This document shows positions 19,413-27,337 of a stretch of 36,052 nucleotides of DNA, piece by piece. The stretch lies in IMG/VR virus record IMGVR_UViG_3300031950_000004, positions 1 to 36,052 of that record; one strand, given 5' to 3'. Numbering within the stretch: position 1 is the stretch's first letter; every line of letters starts with the position of its first letter. The DNA comes from a virus (taxonomy: Duplodnaviria; Caudoviricetes). Under the pieces are notes generated by a model. That model saw only the letters and a list, made by a program, of their open reading frames with translations, had not been told where the DNA came from and did no database searches. Position numbers and translations under genes: made by a program.

Positions 19413-19800
19413 CCATGGGGGTCTCCATTCATTAAAATTTCATTAAAAGTCGACTACCATGGATCTTCGATCCATGGTAGATCCATGGGGGATCCATGGG
19501 GGTTTAGAGCCAGATTCTATTTTTTCATTAATGAAAGCTTAAAGGCAGATAAGGAAATCATTAAAAACTACCATGGCTACCATGGAAATCACACTTTTAA
19601 GAGTCATCGAGCACATGTTTAAGCATATAATTACAATGCGGAGTATTTTTCCATGGTTTCCATGGTAGCCATGGTAGCCATGGTAATTTTTTCGACTATT
19701 AGATTCACTTTCGAAATCCATGCATCCAGTCTTAAAAGTGTTTTAGTTAAGTCCAATCCTCATAATTATGTTTCAACACCATTTTCCATGGTATCCATGG
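19413..19800. repeat. Array of 13 CCATGG palindromes with nested inverted repeats (putative replication origin or packaging site)
   Basis: CCATGG at 19413, 19457, 19472, 19483, 19494, 19571, 19580, 19651, 19660, 19669, 19678, 19786, 19795; mostly 9-bp spacing in the right-hand clusters. Confidence 0.9.
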
Positions 19801-19867
19801 TAGTAGGCTTAAAACAAAGAGACCCACGTTTTTTCCGTGAGTCTCTGCAGGGGGAATGGAATGGAAT

Positions 19868-20047
19868 TTAATTTTCTACGCTGGAGTTATCCTCATCTCC
19901 TTCAATTTCCACTTCACAAACAAATTGGTTATTCGAATCGGATAGGATTACCCTTCTTGGGTACATTTTCGGGAGTGGCTGTGGAATTTCTTCCACCAGC
20001 TCCCATACTCCTGATTCATTCCGTCTCCAAAGGGTTACATTGTTCAT
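19868..20047 (-). CDS. Small acidic hypothetical protein (59 aa, absent from ORF track)
   Basis: MNNVTLWRRNESGVWELVEE...EGDEDNSSVEN; SD AAGGAG 8 nt upstream; starts 1 nt after the previous stop. Confidence 0.75.
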   Translation of the reverse strand: MNNVTLWRRNESGVWELVEEIPQPLPKMYPRRVILSDSNNQFVCEVEIEGDEDNSSVEN

Positions 20048-20048
20048 T

Positions 20049-20303
20049 TCAGGACTCCTTTTCTACCCAAGTGAGATTGTATTTCTTGAGCACGGATTCT
20101 AAAGCTTGCTCTTTTTCCTCTGGTTCCCCAGGAACCCCTCTGCCCCAAGTGGTAGGGCAGTTGGGATCCTGATCCTCGAATTGGAAAACATGTGCTTTGT
20201 GTCTTCGATCGTATCGGTAAATGACCTTGGATTGCAGCCCATACATGTTCTCTACGATCCCGATTACCTCTGGCTCTGAGAATTGCTCAAATCTTTCTTT
20301 CAT
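20049..20303 (-). CDS. Hypothetical early protein
   Basis: 84 aa, purine-rich SD-like GGAAGGA upstream, co-oriented in the early cluster. Confidence 0.75.
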   Translation of the reverse strand: MKERFEQFSEPEVIGIVENMYGLQSKVIYRYDRRHKAHVFQFEDQDPNCPTTWGRGVPGEPEEKEQALESVLKKYNLTWVEKES

Positions 20304-20317
20304 GGCTGGATTCCTTC

Positions 20318-20758
20318 CTATTTGATTTTAGACAGCAGTGCTTGTGTTAGAGGATCTGTGCGAACTTTCACGTCGTTTACACCAAGAGTCTGCAAAAACT
20401 CTAAAATTTTGATCAACTCCTCCCGATCTTCTGGGATTCGGATTCCCCAAGCTTTCTTGGGAGTCGTCCCCAGAGCATCTGTGTAATACTCCATCCACTT
20501 GAAACCGTGCTGCTTCAGGGTTTCCTTGATCGAATATGTGTCACCACGACTAATTACGATCCAAGCTCCTCCAGAGAACATGTTGTTGATGACTTCTGCC
20601 GCATAGGGCTCCTCTTTCTTGGAAGCCCTGTAGCACTCGGGGCAGACCCTGTTGGTCTCATACCATCGGATTTTTCGCTCGCGCTCTTTGCTGGGTCCAA
20701 AGAGTTCTACGGTGTGCTCCCCGTGTCCACAACTGTATTTTACTGTGTACTTAGCCAT
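20318..20758 (-). CDS. Putative Zn-binding early protein, paralog A (CGH...CPEC plus GDTY.IK..LK..GF.W domain)
   Basis: SD GAAAGGAG; about half of the residues identical to 20999-21448 by manual alignment. Confidence 0.85.
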   Translation of the reverse strand: MAKYTVKYSCGHGEHTVELFGPSKERERKIRWYETNRVCPECYRASKKEEPYAAEVINNMFSGGAWIVISRGDTYSIKETLKQHGFKWMEYYTDALGTTPKKAWGIRIPEDREELIKILEFLQTLGVNDVKVRTDPLTQALLSKIK

Positions 20759-20786
20759 TTCTGTAATCTCCTTTCCGTTCTAAATC

Positions 20787-20860
20787 TTATGCTTATATTA
20801 TAGCGGATTTTTGCAAAAATACCTTAAAATAAGATTAAAATTTGATTAGTGTTTGATTAA
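20787..20860 (-). promoter_or_regulatory. Early promoter cassette, copy 1
   Basis: 74 bp, 1 mismatch to 21477-21550; TATAAT at 20802-20797; four hexamers at 11-bp period; 14-bp palindrome at 20807-20820. Confidence 0.85.
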
Positions 20861-20874
20861 TGTTTGGACAATTT

Positions 20875-20912
20875 AAAAAACCCTCTCACCGAAGGGATTT
20901 TCGGTGAGAGGG
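20875..20912 (-). terminator. Rho-independent terminator
   Basis: 13-bp perfect stem ccctctcaccgaa/ttcggtgagaggg, 6-nt loop, T6 tail on the minus strand. Confidence 0.88.
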
Positions 20913-20998
20913 TGCATTAGAATGAGCTGCAATCAATCTAAAACGTTATGGAAAATTAGACAACAGGGGTGTTTTTGGTGTTCATTTGGGACTTCTTT

Positions 20999-21448
20999 CT
21001 ATTCTCCATCTTTTGCGTTCTGCAAGAATTTCGGGATGGGTTTAACATTAATTTTCAATTCCTGAATTCCGAGTTCTTTCAAAAATTCACAAATTTTGAC
21101 CAGATCATTTCGATTTTCTGGGACTGGGATCCCCCAACCTTTCTTGGGGTTCGCTCCAAAGAAATCACTGCAATACGTGACCCAGAAGAATCCGTTTTTC
21201 TTAAGATTCTCCTGGATGGAGTATGTATCTCCATTTGTGATAACAATCCAAGCTTCTCCCCCTACAAAATAGTTTGCTATAATTTCGGCTTGATAGGGTT
21301 CAGTCTGCTTTTTGGATCGGTAGCAATCAGGACATAGGAAGTTCTCCTCATACCATTTTAGCTTGCTGTTCTTTTGCTGGCTGGTTCCTGTTACCTCCAC
21401 CTTTCCCTCTCCGTGTCCGCATGCATATCGGATTTTGTATGTTGCCAT
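20999..21448 (-). CDS. Putative Zn-binding early protein, paralog B
   Basis: CGH...CPDC, GDTYSIQENLKKNGFFW; SD GAAAGGAG; own promoter and terminator. Confidence 0.85.
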   Translation of the reverse strand: MATYKIRYACGHGEGKVEVTGTSQQKNSKLKWYEENFLCPDCYRSKKQTEPYQAEIIANYFVGGEAWIVITNGDTYSIQENLKKNGFFWVTYCSDFFGANPKKGWGIPVPENRNDLVKICEFLKELGIQELKINVKPIPKFLQNAKDGE

Positions 21449-21476
21449 TTTCTAGACTCCTTTCCGTTTTTGTATT

Positions 21477-21550
21477 TTATGCTTATATTATAGCGGATTT
21501 TTGCAAAAATACCTTAAAATAAGATTAAAATTTGATTAATGTTTGATTAA
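21477..21550 (-). promoter_or_regulatory. Early promoter cassette, copy 2
   Basis: Direct repeat of 20787-20860 at 690-bp offset. Confidence 0.85.
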
Positions 21551-21593
21551 AATTGCAAAATTTCGAAACTCTAACCAAATGGATTAAAAATCT

Positions 21594-21663
21594 TTAATCT
21601 TTTTCTATCCAAAAGTCCCCAAAATGTATTTAAAATATCCCCACAAGTCTGAACGGAAAGGAG
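21594..21663 (+). promoter_or_regulatory. Putative promoter and RBS of the replication operon (degenerate cassette)
   Basis: TTAATC 21594 and CTATCC 21605 (11 bp apart), TAAAAT at 21631 after 20 nt, then GAACGGAAAGGAG identical to the leader of paralog A. Confidence 0.5.
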
Positions 21664-21675
21664 TTTGGTACAAAG

Positions 21676-22875
21676 TTGCAGTTGCGTAAAATACTTTGGA
21701 TTCCACCAGGCAACGGAAAGACGAGAATTGCGATAAATTTAATGCAAAAATGCAATGCGGAAAACTTACTTGTCGTGGCTCCACTGTCTCTGCACGAGTG
21801 GTGGAGGAGGGAACTAAACAAGCAATTTTCCGCTCCCTATCGGATAACTTCTTACGACAAAGATCCAGACTGGGAAGAGACTTTCTCCGCGATTATTTTC
21901 GACGAATCCATCCTGTTGAAAAATCGAAAAACAAAGAGATTCCAACGCTGGAAAACTTATATCCAACGCACTAAACCGCAACATATACTGTTGCTGACGG
22001 GTAACCCGATTGGCAAGTATGCGGACGACCTATGGACGCAATTGCATTTGCTGGATCCCAAGAGGTTTTCCTCTTACTGGCGTTGGACGGAGGAGCACTG
22101 TTACGTGCAGCGCTATTGGGGTTGGGAGGTGGTAGGTAACCGCTCATCTTTGGATAAGATTGTGGATTCGGCTTATCCGTACATTTTGTACGATGAGAAT
22201 CCACACAATGTGCAAATTCCAGATTTTCTTTTCCACAGCATAAACGTTGGACTTTCTTCCGTTACCTTAGATTTCATTTCCAAATTGTATAAGGATTTAT
22301 ATTTAGCAGAGTCTCCCATAGCGAATAAACTTACTTTGCTGTTGCGGACGATGCAAATTGTAAGCGATCCGTTCATCTTGGATTTAGCTTTGCCGCGAGA
22401 TCGTTATAGGGCATTGCTAAAGGTTTTGGAGGATGTGGAAAAACCCGTTTTGGTTTTCACGTCCTTCAAGCACAACCTTTACCATCGGACTGTGGACGTG
22501 CGGAAAAAGTTTAGAACCGAGTATCTAACAGGGGAAACTAAACCTTTAGAACGGCAAACCATCATGGATCGCATCAACGACAGAGATCTGGAAGTGGTTT
22601 TGCTTACCCCTGGGGTGGGAAGGTTTGGGTTTAATGCGCCTGATTGCTCTTTAGTTTTTTGGGATTTGCCGATCGCTTACGATTATTTTTACCAAGCGAT
22701 CCACAGAGTCAGACGTCTCACTTCGACCAAAAGGTCGGAAGTTTTCCTGCTCCACAGCGAGGTAAAAAGCGATAAAGTACTTTTGGATTTGCTCTTGCGC
22801 AAATCCAAATATACCCTACACTCAGTCCTAAAACAAATTCTGTTGGAAAAGGAGGTTCAAAATGTTCCCGAATGA
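21676..22875 (+). CDS. SNF2-like superfamily 2 helicase
   Basis: PGNGKT, LVVAPLS, IIFDES, LLLTGNP, YQAIHRVRR motifs; TTG start. Confidence 0.9.
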   Translation: MQLRKILWIPPGNGKTRIAINLMQKCNAENLLVVAPLSLHEWWRRELNKQFSAPYRITSYDKDPDWEETFSAIIFDESILLKNRKTKRFQRWKTYIQRTKPQHILLLTGNPIGKYADDLWTQLHLLDPKRFSSYWRWTEEHCYVQRYWGWEVVGNRSSLDKIVDSAYPYILYDENPHNVQIPDFLFHSINVGLSSVTLDFISKLYKDLYLAESPIANKLTLLLRTMQIVSDPFILDLALPRDRYRALLKVLEDVEKPVLVFTSFKHNLYHRTVDVRKKFRTEYLTGETKPLERQTIMDRINDRDLEVVLLTPGVGRFGFNAPDCSLVFWDLPIAYDYFYQAIHRVRRLTSTKRSEVFLLHSEVKSDKVLLDLLLRKSKYTLHSVLKQILLEKEVQNVPE

Positions 22876-23125
22876 AATCTTGTCCAGGAAAATCACCGAA
22901 CTGGAAGATCTGATAATCCAGTGGAAAAAGTTTTCCGATAAAGTCCCAAGAGGTGTCCGATTGGCAGCGCAGCACTTGCTGGAAGAGTACGATTCCAGAG
23001 AGTTGCCCGTCTGGGTAAAGGTTATTTGCCAAACGTCAGATTCGGACTGGGACGATACTCTGCAGCAAATTTACTACGAGATCCAGTCCGACAGATCCTA
23101 TCGGGAAAGCTTGCGAGACTTATGA
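22862..23125 (+). CDS. Hypothetical protein
   Basis: 87 aa, SD AAGGAGGT, overlaps both neighbours. Confidence 0.75.
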   Translation: MFPNEILSRKITELEDLIIQWKKFSDKVPRGVRLAAQHLLEEYDSRELPVWVKVICQTSDSDWDDTLQQIYYEIQSDRSYRESLRDL

Positions 23126-23826
23126 CGTTTACCATTAACCCAAGCAAACTCTCTGCCTTTATCCGATGCAAGCTAAAGTATGCCTTTGGACGCTGGGAAA
23201 TCCCTGCTCCACCCATCGAAAGCATAACTTTAGGCTCTGCCGTGCATACTCTGCTCCAGGAATATTATGAGAAAGGCATTTGGAATTTGGATGCGATAAA
23301 AGATACAGAATTTGACCTGAGCTGGTTCATTAGTCAATATGTGAGTAAAGCCAATATCGGTAAGGTTATTTCCGTGGAGAGGAAGCTGGAATATCCCCTA
23401 TCCGAGGATCTGACTCTAAATGGAAGGATCGATCTAACGATAAGGGATATGGCGGATAAAGTCTGGGTAGTGGATCATAAAACTACTCGAAGGTCTCCTG
23501 TGGCGATAACGTATGCCATGTCCTTACAGGGGATCTTCTACGTATGGCTTTCGAGACAGCTGGGAGAACCCGTGGACGGTGCGATGTATAACGTTTTGGT
23601 TTTGGACACCGCACGGAAAAAGCTGGAAGTCCAAAGGTATTGGCTATTGTATAGCCAAGAGCAACTCAATGCTTTTCAGACAGAATTAATGGAATGGATC
23701 AAGGAGGTGCTGGAAGTAGAACAAAAATACATCCTACCAAAACAATTACCCCGTCGAACGGCTTTGTACACATGCCATGAGGAGTGCCCATGGCTGGAAT
23801 ATTGTAACAAAATCTATCCGTGGTAA
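23122..23826 (+). CDS. PD-(D/E)xK exonuclease, Cas4/AddB-like
   Basis: GSAVH, GRIDL, VVDHKT; one N-terminal plus three C-terminal Cys; start moved to ATG 23122 (ATGA overlap). Confidence 0.88.
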   Translation: MTFTINPSKLSAFIRCKLKYAFGRWEIPAPPIESITLGSAVHTLLQEYYEKGIWNLDAIKDTEFDLSWFISQYVSKANIGKVISVERKLEYPLSEDLTLNGRIDLTIRDMADKVWVVDHKTTRRSPVAITYAMSLQGIFYVWLSRQLGEPVDGAMYNVLVLDTARKKLEVQRYWLLYSQEQLNAFQTELMEWIKEVLEVEQKYILPKQLPRRTALYTCHEECPWLEYCNKIYPW

Positions 23827-23840
23827 CAGAAAGGAGTTAT

Positions 23841-24545
23841 ATGGCTGTAAATATCCAAAAGTTTGACCGTAAAACGTACTTGCAAAAAATAAAATTCCTA
23901 ATCTATGGAGAGTCAGGTGTGGGTAAAACGACTTTCGCGAGCACGTTTCCAGATCCGTTGTTTTTGGACACTGAGCACGGTTTAGCTTCTTTGCAGAGGA
24001 CTGTGGATTACATTACCGTCGACAATCCAAAAATAATGGAGGAAGCTATCGAATTCGCGAAGCACACCGACAAGTACCAAACGATTGTGGTGGATAGTGT
24101 GACTCGATTGCAGAGCGTGCTGATGGAAAACATCCTCGAGGACTACCCCGACATTAAAAGACCTTATGACAGTCTACCGACCATGAACGACTACAACAAG
24201 CTGATACGAGATTTTACCCAATACATTTACGATCTGATAGCGTTGGACAAATTGGTCGTGCTCATCGGGGTAAACACTGCTAAGTCTTTCGAGGAGGACG
24301 TTATCCAACCTGCCTTTACGGGTCGAATGACTAGCAAGTTGATCTGTGCAGCGGTGGATATGGTTGGTTATATGTTCAAAGTCCTCCATGAGGGCGAAAC
24401 CAAACACGTCCTGTCTTTCGATATGCCGAATTTTGTGACTAAGTGCCGAATCACCCATAACCTTCCTAGACTCATTCAAAATCCAACTTACCAAAAAATC
24501 TTATCCTATATGGAGGTGCAAAATGGAAATCAGTCTGGAGCGTAG
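23841..24545 (+). CDS. Sak4-like AAA ATPase / single-strand annealing recombinase
   Basis: LIYGESGVGKTTFA, FLDTEHG, TIVVDSVT; SD GAAAGGAG before ATG 23841; lies between exonuclease and SSB. Confidence 0.85.
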   Translation: MAVNIQKFDRKTYLQKIKFLIYGESGVGKTTFASTFPDPLFLDTEHGLASLQRTVDYITVDNPKIMEEAIEFAKHTDKYQTIVVDSVTRLQSVLMENILEDYPDIKRPYDSLPTMNDYNKLIRDFTQYIYDLIALDKLVVLIGVNTAKSFEEDVIQPAFTGRMTSKLICAAVDMVGYMFKVLHEGETKHVLSFDMPNFVTKCRITHNLPRLIQNPTYQKILSYMEVQNGNQSGA

Positions 24546-25035
24546 CGCAAACGTTTTAGAGCCTGGAAAATATACTGTTTACCCTGTTAAAATCTCCCCT
24601 GGAGAGGGCAATTCAGGGTATCCGTATATCCAGGTCATTTGGATGGAATTACAAAGCCAGCAGCTCATCTGGGATTACTTGTCGCTTTCTCCGAAAGCAC
24701 GCTGGAAATTGGATGCGATCCTAGATCTGATCAGTGCTCCGACATCAGGGAAAATTTCCCTAGAGCAGTTGGAGTCGACCTTAAAGAAATTCGCTTTCCA
24801 GGTGTCAGTAATCCAAGAGAAATACGAATCCCGCTGGCAAAACAAAGTGAAAGGATATCTGACGGTGTCCCTGCTGGACGAGAAGGAAATCCAACAACTG
24901 GAGGAAGTTTCCAAACCGATCTTGGAACGCTTGTCTAAGGTTTCTGAGGATATCGACATTGTGGAGCCGATGCAGGACGTTCTAATTCCTCCCAAGCAGG
25001 GTGTTTTCGAGGATTTACTTAAAGAACTGCAATGA
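24523..25035 (+). CDS. Putative single-stranded DNA-binding protein (DUF669-like)
   Basis: LEPGKY...SGYPYI...IWDYLSLSPKARWKL...NKVKGY, acidic tail; follows the Sak4-like gene. Confidence 0.7.
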   Translation: MEISLERSANVLEPGKYTVYPVKISPGEGNSGYPYIQVIWMELQSQQLIWDYLSLSPKARWKLDAILDLISAPTSGKISLEQLESTLKKFAFQVSVIQEKYESRWQNKVKGYLTVSLLDEKEIQQLEEVSKPILERLSKVSEDIDIVEPMQDVLIPPKQGVFEDLLKELQ

Positions 25036-25439
25036 AGCTGGTAGTCTTGGATCTTGGTATAAATACAGGTATAGCGTGGCTTCGGAAGGACGACAAAGTG
25101 GTTTATTATAGGACTGCTTGCGTCCCTTTACAGGAATCCACTAAAGTCGTCCTTCCAGACCCAGAGGTTTTGTACGTGATCGAAGATTTTCCCGTTTGGA
25201 AATCCGTGAAATACGTTAAAACGTGGATAAAAGACCTTTTGGAAAACTTTGGAGTAAATACTTTGTGGGTCAGACCTGACGTGTGGATGCATTCCATGCG
25301 CAGGTACACAGAGCACTTGCCCAAACTCGGAACCCCACATGAGCGAGATGCTTTGTGGCTTGGGTTGTACACTTTAGAGTTGCTTTGCCAAGAGAAAAAA
25401 GGAGTGCTAAAGTGGGACATAAGAGCCTCGCAATTTTAG
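25032..25439 (+). CDS. RuvC-like Holliday junction resolvase
   Basis: VLDLGINTGIAW, VIEDF, HERDAL: RNase H-fold acidic motifs. Confidence 0.78.
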   Translation: MKLVVLDLGINTGIAWLRKDDKVVYYRTACVPLQESTKVVLPDPEVLYVIEDFPVWKSVKYVKTWIKDLLENFGVNTLWVRPDVWMHSMRRYTEHLPKLGTPHERDALWLGLYTLELLCQEKKGVLKWDIRASQF

Positions 25440-26215
25440 GGTCTGGTGCTTCCTCTGCGGTAGTGGCTTATGTTTTTCGACAGCTTTTTCCGCAAATAGA
25501 CATTGACATTTGGACAATGCGGAGAGAGGTTGTGGTTTACCCGTTTACCAGCATCGAAAGCGAATACTTCGAAAAAAAGTTTCCCTTATTGCCGAGAATA
25601 CTCTGGAAAATAAACTGGACGGTATCTCCAGAAAACTACAAAAAGAATCGCTGGGGAGATTTGCACCATCTGGTTGGAGATTCCAATTTGTCTAAAGAGT
25701 ATCCCACAGGTCAAAGATATTACTTGGAGCCACAAATTCTGTGCAACTGGCTGATAGGGATATCCGATGTGCATTGGAAACTCTTAGCCAGCCCATTTAC
25801 CCAAGAAGAAATCCAGAGTCTGACGGAAAAATACACATGGGTTGTGCAAACTTTTCCCAATCCAAAACATGCACAACCAGTCTGTTGGGAATGGATTGTC
25901 GCATTTCCAAATGGAAACTGTTCAGAGGAGAAAACTTTGTGCCTAACCCACGGAGGAACTCCACCTGAAACTCGATGCTGGGAATACGGAAAAGTCCGAT
26001 TCCAAGAATATCGTATCCATTATGAACCACCGATTTTCCCTGATGAACTTTATCGAATAAAGTTCAAAATCTTGCATCCTAGCACAAAGCCGATTGCTCC
26101 CGTGGACGATCTTTTTCCGAACCTTATTTACATTGGCAGATATGCCTTGTGGGATTTTTCTTTTTCCATCGAATCTATACCAGATTTGCTCTACGAAATA
26201 TTAAATACTGATTAA
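25412..26215 (+). CDS. Putative flavin/dinucleotide-binding oxidoreductase-like protein
   Basis: Rossmann-like AILGSGASS at the N-terminus and NLIYIGRYALW at the C-terminus; GTG start 25412 after SD AAGGAG. Confidence 0.65.
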   Translation: MGHKSLAILGSGASSAVVAYVFRQLFPQIDIDIWTMRREVVVYPFTSIESEYFEKKFPLLPRILWKINWTVSPENYKKNRWGDLHHLVGDSNLSKEYPTGQRYYLEPQILCNWLIGISDVHWKLLASPFTQEEIQSLTEKYTWVVQTFPNPKHAQPVCWEWIVAFPNGNCSEEKTLCLTHGGTPPETRCWEYGKVRFQEYRIHYEPPIFPDELYRIKFKILHPSTKPIAPVDDLFPNLIYIGRYALWDFSFSIESIPDLLYEILNTD

Positions 26216-26225
26216 GGAGGTTACC

Positions 26226-26537
26226 ATGGACGAAACGAAAGAATTACAAATGTTCGATTCTTATTGTACGCAAGGAAGAGAAATCTTCGTGCGCAAAAAC
26301 AAAGAGTACGGTGGGTCTTACCACTGGATGGGTCTAATTGGAGTGGTAAGCGAGATCGCTGGGATTTCCATGCGGTTGGTAAGTGCGGTTTTCCAGAATT
26401 TTGGTAACATCGAACCCAATCGAGATTCTGTAAAAGACGCTTTGCTGGATTTGCACAACTATGCCAACATGGGTTTAATTTGTCTGGAAAACGATAACAT
26501 TCTGGGAGAATTTCTGCAAGGAGCTAAAAAACGATGA
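26226..26537 (+). CDS. DUF1599 / nucleotide-modification-associated domain 1-like all-alpha protein
   Basis: RKNKEYG and SVKDALLDLHNYA match the KNxDYG ... DtlxDlxNYA pattern; SD AAGGAGGT. Confidence 0.75.
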   Translation: MDETKELQMFDSYCTQGREIFVRKNKEYGGSYHWMGLIGVVSEIAGISMRLVSAVFQNFGNIEPNRDSVKDALLDLHNYANMGLICLENDNILGEFLQGAKKR

Positions 26538-27337
26538 AGCCGAAAATTTTAGTCCACCAAGAACCTTATCGGAACAAAATCCTGCGATGGTTCGCAGGAG
26601 TTACCGCAGAAGTGCATCTGATTAGCATGACGCCCAATCCCAAAAAGCTTATCGCTCTTGGAATGCGCGCCTACACTGGACACTACGAGACAGACATCCC
26701 AGAGGACTTGGTAGAACCGTTCTTTAGAGATTCCAGAACGGCTTTGGCGACACCTTTGGAATGGGTAAATTTTGTTTTCCTCCTTAAAGACGTTCCAAGG
26801 TTTTTCACCCATCAGCTTGTGCGGAACCGAATTGGGGTGTCGTTTGTGCAGCAATCGACTCGCAACAAAACGGAGCAGCTTTACTTCGATTTCCTTTTGC
26901 CACCGTCTTATGTTCGAGCAGGATATAGCTTGGAGAAAAACTTGGATTTAAACCAGCTAATACAAGCCAATCTTGCAGCCGCCAGAGTGATTATCGACGC
27001 TTACCATACCGAGCACTTGTCCGCTGAGGATGCTAGATTCGTTTTGCCGCACAATTTTTTGACTCACATTTACTGGCAGACAAATTTGGTCGCTCTTAAT
27101 AGAGTGTTCGATAAACGTTTCTGCTGCCAGGCGGAGAAAACGGTATGGCTCCCAGTCCTGTTGCAGATTATGCGATTATTGCAATCGCAGTGTCCAGGTT
27201 TGGAACAGGTTTTGTCTTCTCCGTTTTTGCGTGGCGAGAGTTGTGGTTATACCGCAAGCTTCGACAAACCATGTGTATGGAAAGGAAAGACTCGGGAGGA
27301 GATCCTGAATGAATCGATATCTGATTCTGGATCTTGA
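26534..27337 (+). CDS. thyX: ThyX-like flavin-dependent thymidylate synthase homolog (non-canonical motifs)
   Basis: TPLEWVNFVF, RFFTHQLVRNRIGVSFVQQSTR, AEDARFVLP, KRFCCQAE. Confidence 0.82.
   Translation: MKPKILVHQEPYRNKILRWFAGVTAEVHLISMTPNPKKLIALGMRAYTGHYETDIPEDLVEPFFRDSRTALATPLEWVNFVFLLKDVPRFFTHQLVRNRIGVSFVQQSTRNKTEQLYFDFLLPPSYVRAGYSLEKNLDLNQLIQANLAAARVIIDAYHTEHLSAEDARFVLPHNFLTHIYWQTNLVALNRVFDKRFCCQAEKTVWLPVLLQIMRLLQSQCPGLEQVLSSPFLRGESCGYTASFDKPCVWKGKTREEILNESISDSGS

Noticed and set aside
19413-19800. CRISPR array or mini-array
   Set aside because: The repeat unit is only 6-9 bp with irregular gaps; there is no 23-47 bp repeat with unique spacers of constant length.
19186-19871. ORFs across the control region (19281-19622, 19539-19721, 19653-19871, 19186-19428) with YHGYHG or MVAMVA repeats
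   Set aside because: The peptide repeats are just translations of the 9-bp CCATGG iterons; 19281 has an SD-like purine tract but nothing else supports coding.
19800-21675. Lysogeny switch at the divergent promoters
   Set aside because: Neither flanking gene has a recognisable HTH repressor motif, and no integrase or partition gene is present.
23122-23826. Cas4 as evidence of a CRISPR-Cas system
   Set aside because: No other cas genes or array; it sits in the usual exonuclease-Sak4-SSB recombination module.
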